From contig CAWEYR010000014.1 in the NCBI GenBank assembly GCA_963813345.1, forward strand, positions 66,874 to 130,873: 64,000 nucleotides of DNA, in the 5' to 3' direction. Source of the stretch: an uncultured Acidobacteriota bacterium (GTDB lineage: Bacteria; Acidobacteriota; Blastocatellia; RBC074). Both the position numbers and the translations under genes were made by a program. This document shows positions 53,638 through 63,740 of the stretch, piece by piece. Numbering within the stretch: the stretch's first letter is position 1; every line of letters starts with the position of its first letter. The notes under the pieces were generated by a model. That model worked only from the letters and a program-made list of their open reading frames with translations. It was not told the origin of the DNA and did no database searches.

Positions 53638-54672
53638 TGATCTGCAGTCTCGTGTCGCCGAACGATCGCTTCCCAAACGGCCTCTGTAGGAATATCCATG
53701 CAAGAGATGTGATCGCAACTGCGACGATAACATCCAATCCGGCATTCGAGATCGTTGCGTTCAACAACAATATCCCGATCATCAAAAGGTCCGTTCCGGC
53801 GCGATGATGTCGGCCCGAAGAGCGACACAATCGGAGCTCCGGCGGCGGCAGCAAGAAACATCGGTCCGGTGTCTCCTCCAATGAACATCGTGGCACGTCC
53901 GGCAAGCGCAAAGAACTGCTTAAGTGTCGAACGGGTGGCAAGCGCCGATCCGGCCGACGATCCTGCAACTACGGATTCCGCGAGCTGCTCTTCGCCAGGT
54001 CCAAACGTGATCAAGCTCTTCATTCCCAGCTCACGCCAGAGCCTATCAGCAATCATCGCGAATCTCTGCGGGTCCCAGAGCTTTGTTATCCAGCCGCCGC
54101 CCGGGTTTAGTATCGCAAACGCTCCACCAAGACGTTTGGCGATCGTGTCAGCGAACAAGCTGTCATCGTCCGAAATGGCGAGGGGGAACCGGTAGCCATT
54201 CGTCTGACCGCACCCGATATGGCGAGCGAGCGAAAGATTCTTCTCAATAATATGGCCCGAATCGTTGGCGGGAATTCTCTCTGAAAGCAGAAGTCCTGAT
54301 GCCGGTTCTCTCAGTGCCGCGAAGTCAAATCCGATACGACGGGGGACGCGAGCCAGCCACGGAATCAGTGCTGACTTGAGCAAGCCCTGAAAATCGAGTG
54401 AGAGATCGAAGTGAGCATTACGAAGCCTACTCAAAGTTTCACCCGCTTCGGCTCTTGCAGCCGAGTCAAATCTCTCTTTGCGCCAGCGTCGCCATGTCGA
54501 CCGGCACCAGATCATCGATCAAAGGATTGCCTTCAAGAAGAGTTTGACTCGGGCCTCGTTCGACTACCCAGGTGATAGTCGCATCTTCAATCTCAGCCTT
54601 TATTGCGGCAAGCGCTGGCAACGTGCAGATCACGTCACCGATAGCGCCAAGTCTGATGATCAGTATACGCAC
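53580..54672 (-). CDS. Glycosyltransferase family 9 (LPS heptosyltransferase-like). Frame broken within 54469-54515.
   Basis: ORF 54466..54672 starts MRILIIRLGAIGDVICTLPAL. ORF 53580..54515 carries FDLSLDFQGLLKSAL and GGDTGPMFLAAAAGAP. The last ~15 codons are REP sequence. Confidence 0.8.
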
Positions 54673-54705
54673 TTCTCAGTCTGATGTTGGGTAGCACAAC
54701 GTACC

Positions 54706-55279
54706 TTACTTCGTTTGAACGATGATCCATCGCGCTGCGTCAAGCACGTCCTGCGCGATGAAATCGGGTCGTTCGTTGCCCTCCGCCGTTGCGGTTTCCA
54801 CCTCAGATTTTCCGTGACCAGTGAGAACCAGTATGCCCTTCGCCCCAACCGCATGGGCCATCTGGATGTCGTGGTATCGATCGCCGACGACAAAGCACTC
54901 TCTCAATGTCAGATCGTGCTCGCGGGCCGCTCGTTCTATCAAACCTGTGCCCGGCTTGCGACAGTTGCACGTTATCCTGAAGGGCGGCGTTCCGACCTCC
55001 GGATGGTGTGGACAATAATAAATAGCGTCAATCTTTGCTCCTGATGCCAGAAAGCCGATCCTGCATTGAGGAATGGATCGAATGCAGGACTCCCTCGGAA
55101 ATCAACCCGCGCGCGACTCCCGATTGATTCGTAATCACGATGATCTTGAATCCGTGGTCGGCGAAAGTTCTCAGGGCGTCGATGGCAAAAGGCAGGAGAA
55201 TCAGAGATTCAGGCCGCGTGACGTGACCGACCTCCTCGTTCAAAGTACCGTCCCGATCAAGGAACACTGCTCGAGCCAT
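54706..55279 (-). CDS. gmhB: D-glycero-beta-D-manno-heptose-1,7-bisphosphate 7-phosphatase (HAD-IIIA). Frame broken around 55040-55060.
   Basis: It starts MARAVFLDRDGTLNEE (HAD motif I). The adjacent frame reads IDAIYYCPHHPEVG...CNCRKPGTGL (GmhB zinc/Cys motif), followed by VGDRYHDIQMA. Confidence 0.85.
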
Positions 55280-55299
55280 TTCCTGAATTCTAGCGCAAT

Positions 55300-56385
55300 T
55301 CAGCTCAGAAAGCGGCGGGCACTGTCGAGAACCGCATCGACAGATATCCTCTCCATGCAGCGATGGTCGATCGGGCACTCGCGAAACATGCATCGCGCAC
55401 ACTCGATGCCGTCAGCGCGAACGATTGCGGTCCTTGGTCCAAGCGGAGCGGTTTCGAATTCGTTAGTCGGCCCAAAGATAGTGACCGTGGGCCGGCCAAG
55501 GGCTGCCGACACGTGTGCAGGACCCGTATCATTGCCGATCAGAAGGTCTGACACGTGGAGAACTCCAATGAGCGTGCTCATATCGGTGAGCCCTGCAACG
55601 TTGGCGACGCGTGCCTTGCTCACCTGAGATTCGATGCGCGAGGCAAGATCACGTTCGGGCGGGCCGCCGATCAACAGTATCTGCGCGCCAAATCGTTCTG
55701 AAAGTGCATCGGCAAGCGCGGCGTAGCGGTCTTCTCCCCAACATTTTGCTTTGGAATTGGTCGCGCCTGTATTTAGGGCAACTATTGGCCCTGCTGATGG
55801 AGATATATTGTGGCGTCCTATAAAAGCTATGGCCTTTTCGCGCGTGTCGGAGGTGACTTTGAGCACTGGCATCGGCGGTGCAAAAGACACGTCCGGTGAA
55901 TGGCTCTGATCACCGAAATGTTTCAGGGCAACGTTAGCAAGGTCAATGTAATCAAATACCTGATGCCTGACATAGTCGCTGGATCGCAAAGGAACAGAAT
56001 TGGTCAAGAGCGGTGTCCGGTATTGAGCGGCGAAGCCAACACGGTGCGGTATCGAAGCAAGAAATGACATAAGGGCTGCTTCGAAAGCATTTTGAAAGAG
56101 TATAGCGAGGTCGAATCTCGCCCTTCTTACGCGTGTTTGCATCGCAAGAAACTCAGTCGCTCCACGTTCTTTCCTTTTGTACACAAGGACTTCGTCAACA
56201 TAGGGGGTCGACTTTACGAGGTCTGCGTTACCGGGCGGAGTAATGACAGCAATTCGAGCGTCAGGGAAACTTTGTCGAAGCAGATTGAGCGCCGGCAGCG
56301 TCATGACAGTGTCGCCAAGCCAGTTGGCGCCCCTGACGAGTATTTTTTCGATCTTTTTTGAGCGTCGAACGCCGGAGTCGGTCAT
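55300..56385 (-). CDS. Glycosyltransferase family 9 (heptosyltransferase II/RfaF-like)
   Basis: 361-aa intact ORF with ILVRGANWLGDTVMTLPAL at the N-terminus and GNDTGPAHVSAALGRP near the C-terminus. Confidence 0.85.
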   Translation of the reverse strand: MTDSGVRRSKKIEKILVRGANWLGDTVMTLPALNLLRQSFPDARIAVITPPGNADLVKSTPYVDEVLVYKRKERGATEFLAMQTRVRRARFDLAILFQNAFEAALMSFLASIPHRVGFAAQYRTPLLTNSVPLRSSDYVRHQVFDYIDLANVALKHFGDQSHSPDVSFAPPMPVLKVTSDTREKAIAFIGRHNISPSAGPIVALNTGATNSKAKCWGEDRYAALADALSERFGAQILLIGGPPERDLASRIESQVSKARVANVAGLTDMSTLIGVLHVSDLLIGNDTGPAHVSAALGRPTVTIFGPTNEFETAPLGPRTAIVRADGIECARCMFRECPIDHRCMERISVDAVLDSARRFLS

Positions 56386-56545
56386 CGCAATGATTGGATA
56401 TTAGTCTAACGATATGAGAGTAGCCAGAAAACTACGACTGAAGGGCTTGAGGTTGAAACGCGCGTTAACGCGTTTCACGCGGCAATCATAAGGTTGGAGT
56501 GTTATAATCTGGCAGGTTGCTGAATTCAGAGGTGGTGGCGAAGGA

Positions 56546-58716
56546 ATGGCAAAAAGGTATCTCCTGGTAGCAGTTCTCCTTGTGGTCGCTTGCTCCATCG
56601 GCGTAAGTACGTTTGGAGCGCGAGCACAGGAACCGAGCGTCAACATCGACGTTCAACACTATGTAATAGATGCGCAGCTTGTCCCATCCGAGCAATTGCT
56701 GCGGGCAAGGGCAGATGTGGTTTTCGTGCCAGCCGGCGAGACGAGATCGGCGGTTTTCGAGCTAAACGGGTCGCTGGCTGTCAAACGCATTACGCGGGTC
56801 GCAGGTCCTGTGATGGCAACTACGACGACCCCGCCCGCGGGAAGTACACCTTCACGTAAGGAAACTTCACAAAAGAAATCTTCGTCTTCTACAGGCAATC
56901 AGTCCGGTCAGTCCAATCCTTCGGCGGCTCGCGTCCGGACGCAGTCCGCACAGCCAGGCGAATTGCAGTTTATACAGGACAATCGCGAAAGCATGAACGT
57001 GCGCGTAGACCTTGGCACGGTCGTGCCGGCTGGGCGACCCGTAACCCTCAGATTTGAATACGAGGGAGCGCTTGAGTCGGCTCAGGGTGGGCCCATTCAG
57101 ACAGCGCGACTCGCATATGTTGGCGAGCAGGTATCGTATCTGTTCTATGCTGCAAGATGGTTTCCGTTTCACAACTACGCTGCTGATCGCGCAACCTACG
57201 ATATCAGGATCACCGTTCCGAAAGGTTTTACGGTAGTTGGCTACAGCGAGAGTCCGGTGAGTCCGACTGCGGGAGCGACGCCTGACTCGCAGACATTCGC
57301 ATTCACTTCGAAGACCCCCACCTTGCCGGGCAATATTGCGGCGGCGAAGTATGTCACTAACAGCACGAAGGCGGGTGGATTTCGATTGATGTCTATTACA
57401 AGGCAGGCAATGAGCGATGGGCTGAGCATGCGGCTGAGATCGTCGGAAAGCGTCTCGAGTTCTATTCGTCGAAGTTCGGAGGCTACGCATATGGAAATCG
57501 TGTGATCGTTGCTGAAACGGACGAGGAAACGTTACCGGCATACAGCGGCGCAGGAATCATCTTTATCTCTCCGCGGGCAGTGACAGAAGGATTCGACGAG
57601 ACGCTGGCCCGTGAAGTTGCATATCAGTGGTGGGGAAACACGGTTGGAATCAAGTCGTTTGATGATGTCTGGCTGGTTCAAGGTCTGGCGGAATTCAGCT
57701 CCCTGCTGTATGTGCGTGACAGTCAGAATGAATCGCGCTTTCAGCAGGCAGTCCGGGCAGAGCTCGAACGCGCCCTTGCATTCGAGCAGTCCTCGTCGAT
57801 TCGGAACGCTCCAAAACAGCTTGATGATCAGACACCGGCGTTCCGATCAATCATTGTGTATAAGGGTGCACTGGTTTTTAACATGCTGAGGCGGCTGCTG
57901 GGTGACGATAAATTTGATGCGATGATGCGTGACTACTACGCGAAGTATAAAGGGCGCAACGTAAGCATCGATGAGTTCGAACAGTTTGCCTCGCAGGCTG
58001 CCGGGCGCTCGCTCAGGTTCTTTTTTGGCCAGTGGGTTGATTCAACAGGCGTGCCGGAGTTTCGCGCAGATTATCGAATGGTGCGGACGAAGGAAGGATT
58101 CCGCGTTCCGGGAACGGTCAAGCAGGATCTGGACACGTTCGAGATGCCGGTGGACATCCTTTTGAAGACCGAAACTGGAAACGAGCGCGACACGGTTCTA
58201 ATGAAAGGCACCTCAGCCGATTTTGACCTCACGACCAAGAGTAAGCCGGTGGAGATCATTGTTGACCCGGACGCGAAGATCATCAGAAGCTCAGACGAGT
58301 TGCGACAGGGAGTAATTGTCCGTCGAGGGATCGAGCACGTTCGTGAGCAGGAGTTTCTCGAGGCGGAGCAGCAGTTCCAGGCAGCCATCAAGCTCAATCG
58401 CAGCCTCTCGTGGGCCTGGTACAATCTTGGCGTGCTTTATTTGACTCAGCGGAACTACGCGAAGGCTTTGGATACCTTTGACCAGGCGCTCAATGGGGAT
58501 CTCAGACCAGACTGGGTCGAGGTGTGGAGTTACATCTACCGAGGCAATGCATGGGATGCGTATGGTAATCGCGAGCGGGCTGTGGCCGAATACAACCGGG
58601 CAGTGAGTAACGGTAACAATTTCAATAACGCTCAAGCAATTGCGCAACAGTATCTCGCGACGCCATTTGATCCGAAACGTACGCGCCAGTCGGACAGTTC
58701 AAGCCAGACGAAGTAA
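56546..58716 (+). CDS. M1-aminopeptidase-like protein with degenerate zinc site and C-terminal TPR repeats. Frame broken within 57361-57390.
   Basis: ORF 56546..57505 (signal peptide, M1 N-terminal beta domain) continues in the frame of ORF 57502..58716, which is open from 57361 ([14 protein letters not shown]...). [10 protein letters not shown] replaces HExxH-type HELAHQWFGN. TPR-like repeats lie at the end. Confidence 0.8.
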
Positions 58717-58738
58717 AAGAACAAAACGAACCTGACGT

Positions 58739-59491
58739 ATGCCTGAGACCCAAAGATTCCGCCTGAAGACGGTACTACATGCATGGTTGATTATGGTTGG
58801 GCTTGGCACGGCGCTGTTTGCGCAGGTGCCAGTCGAAAGCGTCGAGAAGAAGGTCGACAAAGCCGACAAGATAGGAAAACTCGAGAAAGGTTCAAGCTTT
58901 CGTACTGCCGAGAGCCAGAGCCGTTACAGCTACGTCTTCGAGAATGAGCGCTTCACGACGCCACTGGTCGAAGTTGAATTTGATGCTGGCGGGCACGGCA
59001 AGTTCCACTTCAAGAAGAAAGACGGTCGTGAGGTGACCAACGATCTCGCGATATCGGGTGCGCTGGTTGCGCAGGTAAAGAGCCTGTTTGAAGAGGTGGG
59101 CTTTCTCGGGAGCACGGAAGACTACCAGCACAAGAAAGATTTCTCACATCTGGGCAAAGTCACTATTCGCTACTCTGATGGCGGCCGCGAGCGGGAAGCT
59201 TCATTTAATTACACTGACAATCCTGCGATGAACAGGCTCGTCGATATCTTCCGAAACATTGCCACGCAGGAAAACCGTGTCTTCGAAATCCAGACGATGC
59301 GCGAGAATGACCCGCTTTCGATGCCGGCTCAGATGCGAATGCTCGAGTCTGAGCTCAGGTCAAAACAGATTGCAGATCCCCGTCAACTCATCACGCTGCT
59401 CGAAGAAATCCGCCTGGATGAGGGTCTTCCTCTGATAGCGAGAAACCACGCGGAACGCCTCATCAAATCGATCGGCAAAACCAAATCGTGA
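58739..59491 (+). CDS. Hypothetical secreted protein
   Basis: 250-aa ORF with a signal-like N-terminus. No family recognised. Codons 6-15 lie inside a REP family A unit. Confidence 0.6.
   Translation: MPETQRFRLKTVLHAWLIMVGLGTALFAQVPVESVEKKVDKADKIGKLEKGSSFRTAESQSRYSYVFENERFTTPLVEVEFDAGGHGKFHFKKKDGREVTNDLAISGALVAQVKSLFEEVGFLGSTEDYQHKKDFSHLGKVTIRYSDGGREREASFNYTDNPAMNRLVDIFRNIATQENRVFEIQTMRENDPLSMPAQMRMLESELRSKQIADPRQLITLLEEIRLDEGLPLIARNHAERLIKSIGKTKS
58754..58782. repeat. REP family A unit (degenerate stem)
   Basis: AGATTCCGCCTGAAGACGGTACTACATGC. One stem mismatch relative to the other copies. Confidence 0.7.
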
Positions 59492-59494
59492 AGA

Positions 59495-59592
59495 CCTATT
59501 TGGAGTGCGGGGCTCGGCGCCGCTTTTGTCTCCCGCCGAGTGATCCGATCGGGACACTAAAGCGGCGCCAAGCCGCCGCACTCCAAATTCGG
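59495..59592. repeat. Palindromic REP-like element (family D)
   Basis: CCTATTTGGAGTGCGGGGCTCGGCGCCGCTTT ... AAAGCGGCGCCAAGCCGCCGCACTCCAAATTCGG. Homologous to 26865-26962. Confidence 0.85.
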
Positions 59593-59610
59593 CTCGCGAT
59601 TGTCCAACCA

Positions 59611-59855
59611 GCGCTGCAATCACCGCGGAGCGGTGCGAGAACGTAGCCAGGGGTTGAGTCTTCGAAACCCCTGGACCGATGCGTGGACAAGTTTGCATCC
59701 TGGAAGGATGCGAGAAACGACGACGGTTCACGGATCCGTGTCTCGCATCCCTCCGGGATGCGACCTTTCTCAACACCTGCAACCAGGGGTTTCGAAGACT
59801 CAACCCCTGGCTACGTTCTCGCACCGCTCCGCGGTGATGCGCTGCTTCGCGGCGC
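59611..59855. repeat. Composite palindromic REP/MITE-like element (family E)
   Basis: A 64-nt arm (59611-59674) is repeated inverted at 59783-59855. Inner hairpins lie at 59695-59711 and 59743-59763. The architecture matches 3178-3410. Confidence 0.85.
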
Positions 59856-59895
59856 ATTGTCGCGACTCCTCGCCATCTTTCGCCCGCACGAATGT

Positions 59896-59922
59896 TTCCG
59901 CCTGAAGGCGGTACAACGTACC
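59896..59922. repeat. REP family A unit
   Basis: TTCCGCCTGAAGGCGGTACAACGTACC, abutting the stop codon of the next gene. Confidence 0.75.
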
Positions 59923-60558
59923 TAATTACTCAGCCCGAGACGCTTGAGTGCATGAGCGGTAGGGTAGCCTGTTGCATCAATTCGTTCTTTGACTTGAAAC
60001 GCCTTCATACCCTCGATGGTTTCATCGTCGTAAATGCCAGAGGGTTCGGATGAATAGAAACCACGGTCCTTCAGCGCCTTTTGGATCTGTATCACTCTCT
60101 GTGGTTCGATCTCGACATCTATCCGCCTGGTCGAAATTCCATGGACTCCGCCCGGTTTTGCCTCCGCGGTTGTCACCGGAACGGTCGTATTAGCAGATTT
60201 CCGATACTCGATGACATCGATCTTATCTGTGGGTTGGGGGACTACCGTGGGCTGCACGGGTATTGGTTGAATCTGCGTTGGTGGTGGCGCAACGGAAGGC
60301 GTGACTGGTGGAGCCTTGGGGACACTAGCGGTAGTGGTGGTAGTGGTAGTGGTCAGCAGGGGCGTTCTTCTTCGGTTCGGGCTTCTTCGCAGAAGCGGCA
60401 ACACCCTTCTTGCCTTTCTTGACCGGGGTTTGCTGGGTTTTGTTTTCGCGGTTTTGGCGCTGAGACTGGTATGCCAGGCTACTAAACGGGATTGACGCAA
60501 GCGACAGGACGGCGATAGCGGCAACTGAAATCAGAACTCGAATGCGCAGCACTCGCAT
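59922..60558 (-). CDS. Secreted peptidoglycan-binding-domain protein with Lys-rich and poly-Thr/Pro-rich linkers. Frame broken near 60359-60362.
   Basis: ORF 60325..60558 supplies the signal peptide and Lys-rich segment. ORF 59922..60524 supplies TTTTTTTT, a Pro-rich linker and the C-terminal PG_binding_1-like IQKALKDRGFY...GYPTAHALKRLGL. The junction is at a C4/G4 run. Confidence 0.7.
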
Positions 60559-60579
60559 GTAATAACCCGCACCGGCGCG

Positions 60580-62093
60580 CTATGGTTTGGTCAGCGATAT
60601 GAATCGCCTCGGCAAAGGGGATCTGCGCCGATATACCTGCAGGACAATTGCATCCCCTGACTGAATTCGATCGATCGCGCGCTTGAACAGGGCCGAAGTC
60701 GTCACGGCCGCGCGATTGACTCGCTCGATGACATCGTCACGACGGAGGTCCGCGTCTTCAGCAACGCTGCCGGGATCCACTCGAGATACGATGACACCAG
60801 CGATGCCAGCGATATCAAATGCACGCTGAATAGTGGGCGACGGACCTGTTACGTCGATACCAATGCCCCTGGGCTGCTCGCCGCTAACCTGCCGGATTGC
60901 TGTCACAGTGTCAGGTTCCGTAGCCGCCGTTGCGCGGCGCCCAATCACGGCGCGGAGAGTCAAATCCTGACCATCTCGATACACTTTGATTGGCACTTCG
61001 GCGCCCACCGGAGTAGCAGCGACTCTCCGCACAAGATCCTGGCTGTGGCGAATTGGCTCGCCTCGGAATTCGGTAATTATGTCGGCGATCCTGAATCCGG
61101 CGCGGACAGCGGGTGTGGGCATTTGCTTTCCGTTGTCCTCATAGGTATCAGAGATCACACTCACAATGGCGCCACGCGCTGTGCGAAGGCCGAAGACATT
61201 GGCTATCTGGGGCGTTACAGGATCAGTTCCAACGCCAAGGAATCCTCGCACGACACGACCGCCGGGCTTAAGTTGTCGGTAAATCGCGAGCGCTTCGTTT
61301 GACGGCAGGGCAAAGCAGATTCCGTTGTAGTCTCCTGTAGTTGTAGCGATCGCCGAATTGATAGCAATGACTTCACCAACCAGATTGATCAGCGGCCCAC
61401 CAGAGTTGCCGCGATTGATTGCGGCATCGGTTTGCAGAAAGTGTTGCGCGCTCGGGCGATTACTGAGCTCGTTGGCCTCGCGATCCTTCGCGCTGATGAT
61501 ACCTGCAGTCACCGTTTGATCCAGACCGAACGGAGAACCGATGGCGAGTACCCAATCGCCTACCTGAATTCGGTCCGAATCGCCAAGCTTGGCGGCCTTT
61601 AATTGAATCTGTGGTTCGAACTTGAGCACCGCAAGGTCTGAGTCACGATCGCTTCCGACGACGCGGGCAGCGTACTCGAGCCCGTCGAACAATCTCACCT
61701 TTATGCGGTCAACACCGTTGACTACATGATGATTTGTCAGGACGAAGCCGCCAGGATCGACGATCACGCCGCTCCCAATTCCTCGTCGCACGCGCTCAGT
61801 TGTCACGCCGTCATTTGAAGTGTCGCCAGGCTCGCGTGTGGGCTGCACTACCGTGCTGATATGAACCACGGACGGTTCAACCTGTTTTGCAATATTGACA
61901 AAGGCTGAAGTTACTTCAGGTGGGAGGACGCGGTCACTTGCGATAGCGACGTGACGATCAGCGCGAAGATAGAACCCAGGAGCACTCCAACAAGAAGCGC
62001 GATCGCGGCAATTGCGAATACGGACGCTATCAGTGCACGGCGACGGTACGCGATGATAATGCTTCGGATTCTGTCGCGCTCGTGAGAGGTCAT
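60580..62093 (-). CDS. htrA: Do/HtrA-family serine endopeptidase with PDZ domains. Frame broken around 61911-61990.
   Basis: The catalytic triad context is HVV, DLAVLK and GNSGGPLIN, with two PDZ-like regions. The N-terminal TM anchor is in ORF 61911..62093 (ATG at 62093); the rest is in ORF 60580..62106. Confidence 0.9.
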
Positions 62094-62116
62094 GTTCAGG
62101 GGCCACGTTGTGCCGT

Positions 62117-62199
62117 CTTCAGGAGGTTTGAGTTCAAGCTTCAGCTTGGGGTTGCACTTCCAATCCCAAGCTGAAGCTTGAACTCAAACCTCCTGAAGG
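62117..62199. repeat. Palindromic REP-like element (family C), near-perfect
   Basis: CTTCAGGAGGTTTGAGTTCAAGCTTCAGCTTGGG and its reverse complement flank a ~15-nt loop. Confidence 0.9.
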
Positions 62200-62224
62200 C
62201 GTACTACACTGCCCAACCTCGACG

Positions 62225-63481
62225 TCAGGGCTTTTTCGCCCTGGTTGCCCTGGATCTCGCTCCGGAATCTGCTTTCGGAGCTTGCAGATTGTTGCCAACG
62301 ATCAGATCTTTCATCACGGTCTTTGCCTCGGCTACCCTTGGATCGGTTTCAGGCGCGCGATCAACAAACTTCTGAAGAGTATTGGCCGACTCCTGGAAGT
62401 TGCCGATGCCGACATATGCAAGTCCGAGACTGTAGAGAGCTTCGATGTTGTCTGGATCTGTCTGCAGAATCTCCTGGAAGGCGGGGACTGCTTTGTCAGT
62501 CAACCCGGCGTCAAAGAGCGTCTGGGCGCCCTTGAGGTTAAAGGATTTCTTCTCCTCAGGAACCTCAGAAAGGCTTGCCGCCGTCTTGTAATCGGTCACG
62601 GCCGCCTGGGCTGCCTCGGCATTGCCAAAGCGTTTTGCAAGAACTGATTCGGCGTCGGCACGAATCTTCAGGTAACTGAGCTTGTTCTTCTTTCCCTCAA
62701 CTGCTTTGGCCGGGTCGGCAAGAGTAGGTTCGACGATGGTCAGGGCTCTGGTCGAAGCAGCCACAGAATCTGTGAAATCCTGTTTCGCGGGATCCCGCTC
62801 GCCTGCATTCAGTTTTGTCGCCCCTCGATTGTAGAGAGCAAGCGCCAGATTCGCCGGTACCACGTGCTGTTCTGCATCCAGCTTTTCGGCCTCGGTGAAC
62901 TTGGTAATAGCTCCCGCATAATCCTTGTTGCTTGCGAGAACCCGGCCCTCCTCGAAAGACTTTTTCATATTCTCGAAGTCGGCCTTTTGCTTCTCGATTT
63001 CGGCCTTCTTCTTTTCAAACTCAGCCTGCTGCTTCTTCACTTCTTCTGCCGAGGGTTGTTTTGCTGCGGGTGCACCTGCACCACCTCCGCCAGATTTCGC
63101 TTGAGCAGCCTGTGCTTTGACCTCGTCAATCGTGATCTTTCGGCCATCACCTGGGGCGAGCTCGATCGTCAGCAATCTCACCTGTAGGCCGGATTCCACT
63201 GTCAGATAGGTCGGCGAGCATTCAGGTGCAGACACGAGCAACGTGTAGGTTCCGGTATATGGAACTCCCGCGTGAAGGAAATGTCCCTTCTTGTCGGTTG
63301 GCACCGTGTAGCTGCCTTTGATGTCCATCCTGACTATTTCGACTGTTGCGTTCGTTATCAGTTCGCCTGAGCCCTGCTTCTTCACGTCGCCTTCGATGCG
63401 ACCGACCTGCGCAAGTGCTGTCGCAGTAAGCAAAATGGCGAAGCCGATTGTTGCGACGCCCCAAGTTATCCTTGCTTTCAT
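62225..63481 (-). CDS. Secreted carboxypeptidase-regulatory-like domain plus TPR-repeat protein
   Basis: The ATG at 63481 is preceded by AGGAGG. A signal peptide is followed by the GRIEGDVKK...TDKKGHF CarboxypepD_reg pattern, a Lys/Glu-rich linker and TPR repeats. The ORF is open to 63502. Confidence 0.7.
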   Translation of the reverse strand: MKARITWGVATIGFAILLTATALAQVGRIEGDVKKQGSGELITNATVEIVRMDIKGSYTVPTDKKGHFLHAGVPYTGTYTLLVSAPECSPTYLTVESGLQVRLLTIELAPGDGRKITIDEVKAQAAQAKSGGGGAGAPAAKQPSAEEVKKQQAEFEKKKAEIEKQKADFENMKKSFEEGRVLASNKDYAGAITKFTEAEKLDAEQHVVPANLALALYNRGATKLNAGERDPAKQDFTDSVAASTRALTIVEPTLADPAKAVEGKKNKLSYLKIRADAESVLAKRFGNAEAAQAAVTDYKTAASLSEVPEEKKSFNLKGAQTLFDAGLTDKAVPAFQEILQTDPDNIEALYSLGLAYVGIGNFQESANTLQKFVDRAPETDPRVAEAKTVMKDLIVGNNLQAPKADSGARSRATRAKKP

Positions 63482-63635
63482 CTTGTCCTCCTGGTGGAAC
63501 AACCCCGCGCTATTGCAGCTTCTCTAAAGCCGATACAACCTTAGTCTATCAGCTCGCAAAGCAAGTTCAGCGCCGGAATAACTCGATTTTACCGCAGCAA
63601 TAGACCGCTTTCAACAACGTCTGCCAAAAACAGAT

Positions 63636-63725
63636 ACTCACGCGAAGCCGCGAAGACGCGAAGCGGAGGACCGCTTCTACGCCATTCTTCGTTCTTCTTC
63701 ACGTCTTCGCGCCTTCGCGTGAGAC
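63636..63725. repeat. Palindromic REP-like element (family F)
   Basis: TCACGCGAAGCCGCGAAGACG ... CGTCTTCGCGCCTTCGCGTGA. It shares the core of the 49646-49786 element. Confidence 0.8.
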
Positions 63726-63740
63726 TCTTCAACACCGTGT

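Noticed and set aside
59360-59925. Four overlapping ORFs (59360..59857, 59496..59690, 59600..59905, 59683..59925) and their look-alikes at 3127..3729, 15581..15838 and 34269..34769.
   Set aside because: They are translations of palindromic repeat families. The same peptide strings recur wherever the repeat occurs, on both strands, so they are not protein genes.
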